Below are positions 1 through 9,598 of a DNA stretch of 64,000 bases, piece by piece. Position numbers and translations under genes: made by a program. The notes below the pieces were generated by a model that searched no databases, had not been told where the DNA came from, and was given only the letters and a program-made list of their open reading frames with translations. Source of the stretch: an uncultured Ignavibacteria bacterium (lineage in GTDB: Bacteria > Zixibacteria > MSB-5A5 > WJJR01); NCBI GenBank assembly GCA_964593585.1, contig CAZQIZ010000001.1, positions 64,528 through 128,527 of the forward strand, in the 5' to 3' direction. Numbering within the stretch: position 1 is the first letter of the stretch; each line of letters begins with the position of its first letter.

Positions 1-1446
1 TTGCCTGTCTGGACGCGCGAACTGCCCTATGATCTGCGCGCGGCGCTGGAGAAAGCCGCCGCGTCGCCGTCCTTCACCGGCAAGGCCGGGGCCACGCTCG
101 TGGTTCACAGCGCGCCGGGGCAGGCCATACTCGTCGGGACAGGCGACGGTGTCGGCGGTAGCGAGTTGTTGCGCCGCACCTATGGCGCGCTGGTCACCGC
201 CGCGCGCCAGCACAAGTTCGCCAAGGTCGCCGCGCCGCTGCCGCCCGGGGCCGATGCCGCCGCCGCTGCCGAAGCGGCGACTGTCGGCGCCGGCCTGGCC
301 AACTACCGCTTCGATTTGTACCGCTCCGAGACCACCCGCGACAAGATTCCCCCGACCATCGCGGCGCTCACCCTCTTCGACCCCTCGGCCGCGCGACGAC
401 GCGCCGCGGTAAGGGGCATCGACAGCGGATCGGTCATCGTCGAAGCGGTCGGCCGTGTCCGTGACATGGTCAACACCCCGGCCAATGACCTCAACCCCAA
501 GACCTATGCCGAGGTGGCCGCCGGCTGGTGTCATGAGGCCAAGGTCAAACTCCAGGTCCTCGGCCCGCGCGAGATCGAACGCGCCAAGATGGGGTGCGTG
601 ATGGCGGTGGGGATGGGGTCGGCCAACGAACCGCGCTTCCTGATTGCCAATTACTTCGGCAACAAGCGCCGCCCCAAACAGATCGATGTCGCCCTGATCG
701 GCAAGGGCGTGACCTTCGACACCGGCGGCATTTCGATCAAGCCCTGGCAGGACATGTGGGAGATGCGCGGCGACATGGCCGGCTCGGCCGTGATGCTGGC
801 CGCCACCTGCGCCGCCGCCAAGATGAAACTACCGCTGAATATCGTCACGCTCACTCCGCTGGTGGAGAACATGCCCTCCGGGCAGGCGTACCGTCCCGGC
901 GACATCCTGCGCTCGCTCTCCGGCCAGACGATCGAGATCAACTCGACTGACGCCGAAGGCCGTCTCATTCTCGCCGACGCGCTGACGTATGCCCAGCGTT
1001 TCGATCCGGGGGTGATGGTCGATATCGCCACGCTCACCGGCGCGATCAAAGTCGCGCTTGGCGATGTCTACTGCGGCATCTTCACCGACGCCGACGCGTT
1101 GGCGCGCGTGGCCGAGGCCGCGGCCGCCAAATCGGGGGAGCGGGTTTGGCGGATGCCGATGCATGCCGACTACGACGACAAGCTGGCGACCGTGGTCGCC
1201 GACATGCGCAATTCGGCCGGACGTGACGGCGGCGCCTGCATCGCCGCCGGATTCCTGCGTAAGTTCGCCGGCGGCTACCCGTGGCTGCACATCGACATCG
1301 CCGGCGTCGATTTGGAGCCCAAGGGCCACGCCTACTGCCCCAAGGGCGCATCCGGCTTCGGCGCGCGTCTGGTGATTGACCTATTGCGTGAATCCAAACT
1401 GACCGCGCTGCGCCCCGCGAAGACGAAGGGCGGGAAACGGCGCTGA
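1..1446 (+). CDS. pepA: Leucyl aminopeptidase (M17 family, cytosol aminopeptidase). Possibly 5'-truncated at the window edge: it begins with TTG at position 1.
   Basis: M17 signature 'NTDAEGRLILADAL'. Zn-ligand context 'VALIGKGVTFDTGG'. Length 481 aa is typical of PepA. Confidence 0.9.
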   Translation: MPVWTRELPYDLRAALEKAAASPSFTGKAGATLVVHSAPGQAILVGTGDGVGGSELLRRTYGALVTAARQHKFAKVAAPLPPGADAAAAAEAATVGAGLANYRFDLYRSETTRDKIPPTIAALTLFDPSAARRRAAVRGIDSGSVIVEAVGRVRDMVNTPANDLNPKTYAEVAAGWCHEAKVKLQVLGPREIERAKMGCVMAVGMGSANEPRFLIANYFGNKRRPKQIDVALIGKGVTFDTGGISIKPWQDMWEMRGDMAGSAVMLAATCAAAKMKLPLNIVTLTPLVENMPSGQAYRPGDILRSLSGQTIEINSTDAEGRLILADALTYAQRFDPGVMVDIATLTGAIKVALGDVYCGIFTDADALARVAEAAAAKSGERVWRMPMHADYDDKLATVVADMRNSAGRDGGACIAAGFLRKFAGGYPWLHIDIAGVDLEPKGHAYCPKGASGFGARLVIDLLRESKLTALRPAKTKGGKRR

Positions 1447-2234
1447 TGGCCGCCCACTGCAACCTCGGAACCGTGCGCGCCGCGCTGTTTGATCTGGATG
1501 GCGTTTTCCATGTCGGCGACCGGCTGCTGCCCGGCGCGGTCGCGACGCTGGCGTTTTTGCGCGAGCGCGGCATCCCGTTTCGCATCATCACCAACACCAC
1601 CACCCGGTCGCGCGCCTCGCTGACTGAGAAACTGCGCCGGCTGGGGTTGCCGCTTGCGCCCGGCGATCTGATCACCGCGCCGTACGCCGGCGCGTTGTTC
1701 CTGCGCGCACGTCCCGGCGCGCGCTGTCGTTTTGTCATGACCCCCGATGCCCGCGGCGAGTTTGCCGCCTTCGCCGACTGCGATGACCGGCCCGACCTGA
1801 TCGTGCTCGGCGACATCGAAGACCAGGTCAGCTATGCGCTGCTCAACTCGCTGTTCAATCAGATCATGTCCGGCGCCGAACTGATCGCCCTGCACAAGGG
1901 ACGCTACTGGCAGGTGCCGGAGGGACTAAAGGTCGACTTGGGGCTGTTTGTGGCCGGACTGGAATACACGACGGGCAAACCGGCGACGATCATCGGCAAA
2001 CCCGCGCCGCTCATCTTCGAGCTGGCGATGAGCGAGTTGAGCGTCACGCCAACCGAATGCATCATGTTCGGCGATGACCTGGTCAATGATATCGGCGGGG
2101 CGCAGGCACTGGGCATCCGTGGCGCGCTGGTGCGCACCGGCAAGTATCGCCCCGGCGACGAATCACGCGGCGCGATCATCCCCGACGCGGTCATCGATTC
2201 GCTTGTTGGCCTCCCGGAACTCCTTGACCGCTAA
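1446..2234 (+). CDS. HAD-superfamily hydrolase, subfamily IIA (NagD-like sugar phosphatase).
   Basis: Motif I 'LFDLDGV', then 'RIITNTTTRSRASL', and C-terminal 'FGDDLVNDIGGAQALGIRGALVRTGKY'. Start overlaps the pepA stop (ATGA). Confidence 0.75.
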   Translation: MAAHCNLGTVRAALFDLDGVFHVGDRLLPGAVATLAFLRERGIPFRIITNTTTRSRASLTEKLRRLGLPLAPGDLITAPYAGALFLRARPGARCRFVMTPDARGEFAAFADCDDRPDLIVLGDIEDQVSYALLNSLFNQIMSGAELIALHKGRYWQVPEGLKVDLGLFVAGLEYTTGKPATIIGKPAPLIFELAMSELSVTPTECIMFGDDLVNDIGGAQALGIRGALVRTGKYRPGDESRGAIIPDAVIDSLVGLPELLDR

Positions 2235-2247
2235 GAGAGCAAACCTA

Positions 2248-2279
2248 CTCGCCCTCTCCGCTGGATTGGGGAGGGCGAG
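2248..2279. terminator. GC-rich hairpin between convergent genes (HAD-IIA on + and pilX-like on -).
   Basis: Near-perfect 12-bp inverted repeat, ctcgccctctcc...ggggagggcgag. No clear U-tract. Confidence 0.4.
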
Positions 2280-2319
2280 GATTGCAATCTCGGCTTCCGG
2301 TGGTGCGGATCTGCGCTGA

Positions 2320-3483
2320 TTAGATCTCGCGCCATGCCACTTTGGCGTAATGCTTCTTCAGTTCCCAATCACGCAACGAGCGGTCGTAATGGAAATTTGA
2401 GCCGCCGTTGTCCTGGGCCACGTTGCCGACATAAGCGCCGTAGAGGTCGGAGCCACCAATGAGACGTATCTCGGTGTCCGGGGCATAAACCACCGACTTG
2501 ACTTCGGCGCCGCCGTTGATGCGGATTTCGGCGCCGCGGCTGTAGATCTGGCATTGGATCGGTTTGCCGGCGATGTTGACACGGGCCTGCGAGTTCATGG
2601 TGATATTGCCATCAATGTAGATCTTGGCGGTGGCGCCGGGTGCGATCACAATGTTGCCCTGGATGTCCATGCTCGAGAAATAGTAGATACCGTCGGCAAG
2701 CGTGAGCGTGTTGCCTGGGTTGACGCGCAAGGCCTTGCTGCCGTTGTTGAAGTTGAACGATCCCGACAGGCCGCCGGGCGCCGTGTTGTTGGTCTTGGCG
2801 TAGTTGATGTCAGCGACCGACACCGGATCAAAGACCTGCATCGGCGCGGTGGTGGTCGTGTCGCCGCCCACATAGGCCGATCCGTCGATCGACAATTCGC
2901 CCGCCGATGCAGAACCGGCATCGCCGTTGATCTCGGCGTCGCCGTTGATGTCGACGAAGCCGTTACTGCCCACGTCGCCATCCTCCAGCCGCATGGTGGC
3001 GATGTAGCTGCCCGAATCGGAGTCGTACGAGTCGGTGTAGGTGCCGCCGAGCAGGTCCATGTGGTCGTCGGCGAAGGCCGCCCAGCGGAAGGGACGCGCC
3101 GGCGCCAGCTTAACTTCGACGCCTGTCTGCGCGCCAGACCGCGTCGCGATCGACCGCAACACCACCGTATCGCCCAGGCTCGCCTGCGTCGTCTTGTCAA
3201 TCACGGTCACGTTGTACTGGCCGCCGGCGAACGTCACATTCGATAGGCCGGTGCGCCAGGTTGACGTGTCGCGGATGATGCCGTAGGCGTGCTCCACACC
3301 CGCCTCGGCCAGGTAGAAAGACCGTGTGTCCTGTTGGAAATTCTCGGAGATCGCCATGTCGGTGCTGGACATCTGCACCGCCGAGATCCCCAGAAGCGAG
3401 ATCATCATCATCACGGCCAGCGCGATTAACATGGCGGCGCCGCGTTCATTGCGCCTGTCATTCATATTGCCTCCTTCGATCAT
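2320..3483 (-). CDS. PilX-like type IV pilus minor pilin / assembly protein (PilX_N domain).
   Basis: N-terminus 'ERGAAMLIALAVMMMISLLGISAVQMSSTDMAISEN' matches the PilX N-terminal hydrophobic segment. It is the last gene of the pilV/W/X-like operon, 6 bp downstream of the previous gene. Confidence 0.6.
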   Translation of the reverse strand: MIEGGNMNDRRNERGAAMLIALAVMMMISLLGISAVQMSSTDMAISENFQQDTRSFYLAEAGVEHAYGIIRDTSTWRTGLSNVTFAGGQYNVTVIDKTTQASLGDTVVLRSIATRSGAQTGVEVKLAPARPFRWAAFADDHMDLLGGTYTDSYDSDSGSYIATMRLEDGDVGSNGFVDINGDAEINGDAGSASAGELSIDGSAYVGGDTTTTAPMQVFDPVSVADINYAKTNNTAPGGLSGSFNFNNGSKALRVNPGNTLTLADGIYYFSSMDIQGNIVIAPGATAKIYIDGNITMNSQARVNIAGKPIQCQIYSRGAEIRINGGAEVKSVVYAPDTEIRLIGGSDLYGAYVGNVAQDNGGSNFHYDRSLRDWELKKHYAKVAWREI

Positions 3484-3489
3484 GCCCGG

Positions 3490-4035
3490 CTAGAAGTTGC
3501 GCAGACGGACCTGCGTCTCGAACGTGCGGCGGCGATACCCGTCGCCGGCGATCAGGGCGCTGTCGGGTTTGGGGGCGCGCGCGGTCAGCGAAATGTCGAT
3601 CAGATTCGGCCCCAGCCGTGTCAGCGCGAACGATTCCACATTCTCCGCGAGGACTTCGGGTGACTCACCCTTGAATTGGCGGTACAAATTGGTCTGCGAC
3701 TGCTCATCGGTCGCCACGAAGTAAAGCGTGGTGTCGACTTCGGCGGTGGCGTCATCGCGCTGGTAGATCGTCAGCGAATCGGCGCCGAGCGTGTAGGCCG
3801 GGTGGCTTTTCAACTGGTAGCCGCCCATGCGCAGCGCCCCGGCGATCTCATCCAGCGACGCCCGCACATTCTGTTGGACCGCGGCGACGTCGTTTTCCAC
3901 CAGCCAGGTCTTGTGCTGCGAGACGTAGAACTCCATCGCCGCGCCCGCCACCAGAAACGTCAGGAAGGACGCGATCAGAAATTCGATCAACGTCATGCCC
4001 CGTTCCGAATGCCAATAGTGTCTGATCGATCTCAC
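3490..4035 (-). CDS. Prepilin-type N-terminal cleavage/methylation domain protein (PilW-like minor pilin).
   Basis: Short leader 'MRSIRHYWHSERG' followed by 'MTLIEFLIASFLTFLVAGAA' (G|M-T-L-I-E class III signal with Glu at +5). Confidence 0.65.
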   Translation of the reverse strand: MRSIRHYWHSERGMTLIEFLIASFLTFLVAGAAMEFYVSQHKTWLVENDVAAVQQNVRASLDEIAGALRMGGYQLKSHPAYTLGADSLTIYQRDDATAEVDTTLYFVATDEQSQTNLYRQFKGESPEVLAENVESFALTRLGPNLIDISLTARAPKPDSALIAGDGYRRRTFETQVRLRNF

Positions 4036-4043
4036 GGCGGTCC

Positions 4044-4448
4044 TCAGTTCTTGGTCGTGTACGTGGTGAAGGTGAGCGTGCGCGCCAGCCCCGACGCGTC
4101 GGTCCAGTTGACGGTCGCGTCCACCTTGTAGACATGCGCCGGGATCGACGAGGTCACCGTCTTGTCGGTAACACGCGTCGTCACCGTGTATCTGCCGCCA
4201 TCGAAGGTGCTGGTCTGCACATAGGGGATGGTCGGAAACCCGACGGCGCCGATTTTCTGCTCGATCATTTCCTGCGCCGCGGCTACCACGCTGGTGATGT
4301 TCTCGCTGTGCACGCTGCCCCGCACCGAGATGGCCATCAGCGGCGCCAACCCCAGAATGCCGAGGGTCAATACGACCATGGCCGCGAGCACTTCGATGAG
4401 GGAGAGCCCCTTTTGATCTGATCCGATCTTGCGCAATCGCCCCAGCAT
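4044..4448 (-). CDS. Type IV pilin-like protein (PilV-like minor pilin). A longer alternative start at 4511 is less likely.
   Basis: Leader 'MLGRLRKIGSDQKG' then 'LSLIEVLAAMVVLTLGILGL' (Glu at +5). An ATG is present at 4448 on the minus strand. Confidence 0.65.
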   Translation of the reverse strand: MLGRLRKIGSDQKGLSLIEVLAAMVVLTLGILGLAPLMAISVRGSVHSENITSVVAAAQEMIEQKIGAVGFPTIPYVQTSTFDGGRYTVTTRVTDKTVTSSIPAHVYKVDATVNWTDASGLARTLTFTTYTTKN

Positions 4449-4687
4449 ATCATCCGCCTTCCTTCGCTTCAGTGTTCGTCTTGCCGCTGACATAAGCCAA
4501 TGCCGTGCCAAGAGTCCGGATTCCGTGACAAACCCATAATCCTCCGACTGACAACGCCTTACGCGCCGGGTCGTTGGGCCGCGCCGATGCCCGTGATGCC
4601 AAGCAGTGGCTGCACCGGGCGGAGGTATGGGATCGTGCCCATTGTCGGAAATGCGGATGGGGATGCGGTCGGACGGCGTTGGTGCTT

Positions 4688-6472
4688 CTACCGCGAGCGC
4701 GATGCTTGGCTGGCCAGCGATTCCGGCGCGCGCCGGATGATCGCGTTGAGCAACGGCGTCCCGGGCGGCAGCTTGGCCGGGTCGAGCAGGTTGTCGTCAT
4801 ACGACCAGTCGCGCGCCGGCGGGCTGTAGGTGCCGTCGGCGTCGCTCCACGGACCGGTGGCGTATTCCGATTCCCATAGTTGCGCCATCGCGCCGCGCCA
4901 GTGGAAGGTGTGCCCGGCCCAATTCTCCAAGAAGCGCGTCAGATTGTGGACGCCGCCCGACATCATCCCGGCGCGTGTCGGGACATGCCCGGCGATGATT
5001 GATACATTGCAGGTGGTACCGGCGGCGCCGCGATACCCCAGACTCCTGGCCGAATGCTTGTCCTGCCAGCCATTGGAGAGCACCGTGTACGCGTCGGCGA
5101 TGATCGCGGCCGGCTGTGGATCTAAGATGTTGTAGTCGCCCTGCGTGTAGACCGGGTTGTCGCTGGCCACCGTCAACGGCCCGGCCAGATGTGCGCCGTT
5201 GACGAGGCGTGCCGCCCGAAATGCGGGTCCGGGCGGCCCGTCGTGGATATAGAGGATGCCGTTGACCGGCCAGCAGGAGCTGGCGTTGAGTCGGGCGATG
5301 TCGATTTCAAGCGCCACGACACGCCGGCTCTCGCGGGCGTCGTGGAACTGCGTACGGCGCAGCACGCCGGTCTCTTCCAGTTGTGCGGTGACATCGACCC
5401 AGGCATCCTCACGCCGATGGAAAGCGGCGCCGTCGATGATCTTCAGTCCGGCCTTCAGTTCGTAAGAGTCGATGTTGCCGTGTACGGCGGGACGGATGAT
5501 GTCGCGCGCCGTGCCGCCGCCGGCCAGCGCCGGCGTCAGGCGTGTGACACCATGTGCCGAATCCTGCACCCGTCCGCCCCAACGTGTCAATGCCGCTGCC
5601 CGCCAGTCCGGATGACGATGATCCAGCCACGCGCCGTCGGCCAGTGCCTGCGACCGAAAGAGGCCGCCCTGGTCGCGGATCTGCACCGGGCCGTCATAAT
5701 TGTCCTCGCGCGACGCCGGATGTTTGCCATGAAGGATCCGTCCGGCGGCGGTGCAGAATGATTCGAGGTTCAGCCCGGTGAAGGCATCAAGATACATGTC
5801 GGCGTTGGTGTGCACACGGCCGCTGATGGACAAAGATGTGCCGGGGTGAAGTTCGAGCACATCATCATAGAAGACCGCGAAGTGAAACAGCGGCACCAGG
5901 GCATGATCGATCGGAATGCGCACGGTGGCGGCCGTGGCGCCCGGTAGCCGCGCCAGAACGTCGTAGCTGCGCACGGTGGCAATCAGCTCCTCGCAAGGGC
6001 CGGCGGTCATTCGCCGCCGCGACGCGACACCGGTCGGCACGATCTCATAGGTCACCTCATGCGCTGCCAGCCATTGCGAATCACCGCTTGCCACCGCCAA
6101 CGCCGGCCGGGCTGAGTCAAGCGTGGCGCGGAATGCCTCGAGGGCATACGCAGCCGCCGCATCGGCGGTGTGCACCGCCGTTTGATCGTCGAAGGTGTAG
6201 GACACCGTCTCGGGCGGCCCCGATGACTGCGGCCATAAGGCAAATCCCGCCGCCGCCGCGACCAGCGCCAACAACAAGGCGATCGCCGTCGCCGCCGAAT
6301 GACGCCAATGCGCCAACGCCGGTGAAGGCGAAGGGGCGGACTCGGGTGATCGGGCCAGGGACACTATGCCTCTCCCGAGGCGAGTCTTTCGCCTGTCGTT
6401 TGAACCGCGCGACAATTGAGCCATGCCGACTTCGCGCGCGGACCCAGGCAGAATCGTGCGCGCCGCCGGCAC
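4688..6472 (-). CDS. Hypothetical membrane-anchored protein (one N-terminal TM helix). It is the first gene of the minor-pilin operon. Function unknown; a pilus-associated or tip protein is possible.
   Basis: Long ORF in consistent coding frame upstream of pilV-like on the same strand. TM segment 'AIALLLALVAAAAGFALW'. No recognisable catalytic motif. Start uncertain (Met at 6472 or the internal 'MAQLS'). Confidence 0.4.
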   Translation of the reverse strand: MPAARTILPGSAREVGMAQLSRGSNDRRKTRLGRGIVSLARSPESAPSPSPALAHWRHSAATAIALLLALVAAAAGFALWPQSSGPPETVSYTFDDQTAVHTADAAAAYALEAFRATLDSARPALAVASGDSQWLAAHEVTYEIVPTGVASRRRMTAGPCEELIATVRSYDVLARLPGATAATVRIPIDHALVPLFHFAVFYDDVLELHPGTSLSISGRVHTNADMYLDAFTGLNLESFCTAAGRILHGKHPASREDNYDGPVQIRDQGGLFRSQALADGAWLDHRHPDWRAAALTRWGGRVQDSAHGVTRLTPALAGGGTARDIIRPAVHGNIDSYELKAGLKIIDGAAFHRREDAWVDVTAQLEETGVLRRTQFHDARESRRVVALEIDIARLNASSCWPVNGILYIHDGPPGPAFRAARLVNGAHLAGPLTVASDNPVYTQGDYNILDPQPAAIIADAYTVLSNGWQDKHSARSLGYRGAAGTTCNVSIIAGHVPTRAGMMSGGVHNLTRFLENWAGHTFHWRGAMAQLWESEYATGPWSDADGTYSPPARDWSYDDNLLDPAKLPPGTPLLNAIIRRAPESLASQASRSR

Positions 6473-6960
6473 CGAGTCGCAGACTCATTTGCACGGGTCT
6501 ACAACCGAGCGACGTAAACCGGATGCCGAATGATGATGTATTCGGGCGTGCCGCTCATCCCGCTGTCGGGCAATGATTAAGCCGGAGCCCGTCGGGGAGG
6601 AGGGCATGGCGCGCGGAACTAAATCATGACTTCAACGGCGGCAGAATCCCTGTCTGTGTCGGCGCGATCCCTCACCGGAGCCGGTCTACAACCGAAGTGC
6701 ACTCAAAGTGCCGCTGACGACCAAGCGACTGGGTGAAGGCGCGGTCTGAGCGAACCGGCGGCAAATATGACTGTTTTTCTCGACTTACGGACGGTGGTTG
6801 TCAAAAAGGGCAGCTAAACAGCCCCGTTCTGTCATAAAGCGGAGCGCAATTGTTACCGTTTGCGCCGGGATTCCGTAACGTTGTTGTGAGTGGACGCGAC
6901 GGCGTGTCCACGTGTCAGTCGCAGGGAACACATTCGCTCTACGGAGGAAAGGGGCACCGC

Positions 6961-7368
6961 ATGCAGTTCACCAAGGCCGAGGAGTATGGATTGTTTGGCG
7001 CCGTGCATCTGGCCAAGCAGCCGCGGGGCACGGTCGTGTCGCTGACGGAGATCTCGCAGGCACAGAACATTCCCGATAAGTTTCTGGCGAAGATCTTTCA
7101 GAGCATGACTCGCGCCGGCATCCTCAAATCGCACCGCGGCGTGCGCGGCGGCTTCTCGCTGGTCAAGACGCCGAAGAAGGTCAGCATTGCCGAGATCCTC
7201 AACGCGATTCAGGGCGACACCGACCCGATCAAGTGCGTCTCCAATGGGTCGCCCTGTTCGAAGAAGGGCGACTGCGCGGTCCGCGACTTAATCCTGGAAG
7301 GTCGCCGGATGATGTTCGCGTACTACGAGAAGCAGACGCTTGAGGAATTGTCGTCGCGCGTGAAGTAG
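6961..7368 (+). CDS. Rrf2-family transcriptional regulator with a putative Fe-S cluster (IscR/NsrR-like).
   Basis: HTH region 'VSLTEISQAQNIPDKFLAKIFQSMTRAGILKSHRGVRGGFSL'. Cys triad 'CVSNGSPCSKKGDC' (CX5CX5C as in IscR). The true start is at the ATG at 6961, not at the 6850 extension. Confidence 0.85.
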   Translation: MQFTKAEEYGLFGAVHLAKQPRGTVVSLTEISQAQNIPDKFLAKIFQSMTRAGILKSHRGVRGGFSLVKTPKKVSIAEILNAIQGDTDPIKCVSNGSPCSKKGDCAVRDLILEGRRMMFAYYEKQTLEELSSRVK

Positions 7369-7402
7369 CCGCGTGGTTTTGACCGCCAGACCCCCCTGCC
7401 AG

Positions 7403-7425
7403 CGCCGGAGTTTGTGTCCGGCGCC
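7403..7425. terminator. Hairpin between convergent rrf2 (+) and purF (-).
   Basis: gcgccgga-gtttgtg-tccggcgc, a perfect 8-bp stem. Confidence 0.4.
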
Positions 7426-7506
7426 GCTCCGCGAATGTTGCGCATCCTTCCGAGGGCGGCCCCGCCGCCATCGTGTTGTCAACAAGCGCGCCCGATGGCG
7501 CGGCGC

Positions 7507-8946
7507 TCAGCCGAGCGCCAGTTTGCCCGAATGACGGTTGATCCGCGTCGGGTAATGGCCGGAAAAGCAGGCGGTGCAGAAGGCGTTTTTGGGATGGCTG
7601 GACAGCGACAGCATGCCGTCCAGCGACAGGTAGCCGAGCGAGTCGACGCCGAGGTAGGCGCGAATCTGCTCAACGGTGCGCGTGGAGGCGATCAGCTCCC
7701 CTTTGGTGGGCATGTCGATGCCGTAGAAGCAGGGGGAGATGATCGGGGGGGAGGCGACGCGGAAGTGCACTTCGCGCGCGCCGGCGGCGCGCACCATCCG
7801 CACCAGCTTGCGCGCGGTCGTGCCGCGCACGATTGAATCATCGACCATCACCACCCGCTTGTTCTGCAGCACCCCGCGCACCGGGTTGAATTTGATCTTC
7901 ACATCCAGGTCGCGCAGTTTCTGATCGGGCAGGATGAAGGTGCGTCCGACGTAGTGGTTGCGGATGAGTCCCAGTTCGAGCTTGATCCCCGACTCCTCCG
8001 CGTAGCCGATGGCGGCGGTGTTCGACGAGTCGGGGACCGAGATCACGATGTCGGCGACAGCCGGCTGCTCTCTGGCCAGTTGGCGGCCGAGACGGCGCCG
8101 CACCTTGTCGACATTCTCGCCGAAGATCATCGAATCGGGTCGGGCGAAATAGATGTATTCGAAGATGCAGTGCGCGCGGCGCTCGCTGCGCGGCAGTTGG
8201 CGGGTGGCCAGCCCCTTTTTGGAAATCGCGAGAATCTCGCCCGGCGCGATGTCGCGGATGTAGCGCGCGCCGATGATGTCGAAGGCGCAGGTTTCCGAGG
8301 CGACGACATACGATCCGTTCAGCTTCCCCAGGGACAGGGGACGGAACCCCCAGGGGTCGCGCGCGGCGATCAGTTCATCGGGTGTGAGGATCACAAAGCA
8401 GAACGCCCCTTCGAAATGCGATAAGGCGTCGGCGACGCGCGAAAGCGTGTCGCGCTTTTTCGAGCGCGCGTACAGGTGCAGCACCAGCTCCGAATCGGAA
8501 GACGAGGTGAAGATCGCGCCCTCCTTTTCCAGCCGCGACTTCAACTCGCCGGCGTTGGTGATGTTGCCGTTGTGCCCGGCGGCCATGTGACGGAACTTGA
8601 ACTTCATCAGAAGCGGCTGGGCGTTGGATAGCGAGGAGGAGCCCGTGGTCGAATAACGGTTGTGGCCGATGGCCGCAAACCCGGAGAGGTCCGACAGCGC
8701 CGCGCGGTCGGGGAAGACGTCGGCGATCTCGCCCATGCCCTTGCGCACCGAGACCGTCTCGCCGTTGCTGACGGCGATGCCGGCCGATTCCTGGCCGCGG
8801 TGCTGCAGCGAGTAGAGACCGAAGTAGGTCATCTCCGCCGGCTTGCGATGGCCGAAGATGCCGAACACGCCGCACTCGCAGGCCGGCTTGTCGAGGCTGG
8901 AATCGCCGCCGGCGGCAGATATCTGGTCGTGGTCGTCGTTCATCAT
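7507..8946 (-). CDS. purF: Amidophosphoribosyltransferase (glutamine PRPP amidotransferase).
   Basis: Ntn Cys 'CGVFGIFGH'. PRTase motif 'VVMVDDSIVRGTT'. C-terminal Fe-S cysteines 'CFYGIDMP...CTACFSGHYP'. Confidence 0.9.
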   Translation of the reverse strand: MMNDDHDQISAAGGDSSLDKPACECGVFGIFGHRKPAEMTYFGLYSLQHRGQESAGIAVSNGETVSVRKGMGEIADVFPDRAALSDLSGFAAIGHNRYSTTGSSSLSNAQPLLMKFKFRHMAAGHNGNITNAGELKSRLEKEGAIFTSSSDSELVLHLYARSKKRDTLSRVADALSHFEGAFCFVILTPDELIAARDPWGFRPLSLGKLNGSYVVASETCAFDIIGARYIRDIAPGEILAISKKGLATRQLPRSERRAHCIFEYIYFARPDSMIFGENVDKVRRRLGRQLAREQPAVADIVISVPDSSNTAAIGYAEESGIKLELGLIRNHYVGRTFILPDQKLRDLDVKIKFNPVRGVLQNKRVVMVDDSIVRGTTARKLVRMVRAAGAREVHFRVASPPIISPCFYGIDMPTKGELIASTRTVEQIRAYLGVDSLGYLSLDGMLSLSSHPKNAFCTACFSGHYPTRINRHSGKLALG

Positions 8947-8986
8947 GGAAACTCACTAAACGCAATCGACGGCGTCGGCGTTGGAA

Positions 8987-9427
8987 CTAATTCACCGCGT
9001 CGACACCCACTCCGTGCGAATACACCATCTGGCCGCCGAAATAGGCGCCATATCCAACCACCACGACGGCCGCCAGCACCAGGAACAAATACAGAAACCC
9101 CGCCCGACGTGGAAATGCTCCCCGCTGGCCAATCCGCCAGAAGGTGACCACCGCCAAAAGCCCCGCGCCGACAAACGCCATGGTCTCGTGCGCCTCCAGC
9201 AGGTCGTGCACCACGCCGGAGACGCCCTCCGGCTCGGCCGCCAATCCGGTGGCAATCGCGGCCAATGACCCGCAAAACGCGAGGATCAGAAGTGGCGTCG
9301 TCCCGCCCCAGAACCCGGCGCGCAGCAGATTCTCGCGATCGAATATCCAACGCCCGATGTCCCAGAGCATCACCACCACAGCCAGCGCGATGGGGAAGTG
9401 GACAATGGTTGGATGCAGTTCCATCAA
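8987..9427 (-). CDS. Small integral membrane protein (about 4 TM helices, DUF2231-like). Function unknown.
   Basis: Hydrophobic segments 'HFPIALAVVVMLW', 'LLILAFCGSLAAIATGL', 'AFVGAGLLAVVTFW', 'FLYLFLVLAAVVVVGYGAYF'. Sits directly upstream of purF on the same strand. Confidence 0.45.
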   Translation of the reverse strand: MMELHPTIVHFPIALAVVVMLWDIGRWIFDRENLLRAGFWGGTTPLLILAFCGSLAAIATGLAAEPEGVSGVVHDLLEAHETMAFVGAGLLAVVTFWRIGQRGAFPRRAGFLYLFLVLAAVVVVGYGAYFGGQMVYSHGVGVDAVN

Positions 9428-9580
9428 ATCGTGTCGTCGCGCCCGATTTCGGGCCGCCGGGAAGCGCCCTATCTACCCCGGCTGGTCGGCTTCGTCAATC
9501 AGTAAGTTGTCCGGTCCGGACTGCGCCAACTGTGCACCCCGGTTCACACCAAAACGCATCGTCGTTCTTAATCGGTCCAG

Positions 9581-9598
9581 TTGGTCCAATAGGACCAA
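9581..9598. promoter_or_regulatory. Palindromic operator-like site TTGGTCC-AATA-GGACCAA in a divergent promoter region.
   Basis: Perfect 7-bp inverted arms. Closely related to the site at 22810..22827 upstream of the TetR gene. Confidence 0.4.

Noticed and set aside
1082-1895. ORFs 1082..1816 (-) and 1332..1895 (-) overlapping pepA and the HAD-IIA gene.
   Set aside because: Arg/Pro-rich antisense translations; the sense genes are strongly supported.
6850-6960. 5' extension of the Rrf2 ORF (37 extra codons).
   Set aside because: Rrf2 proteins start directly at the HTH ('MQFTKAEEYGL'). The extension has no RBS context and contains the inverted repeat more likely to be an operator.
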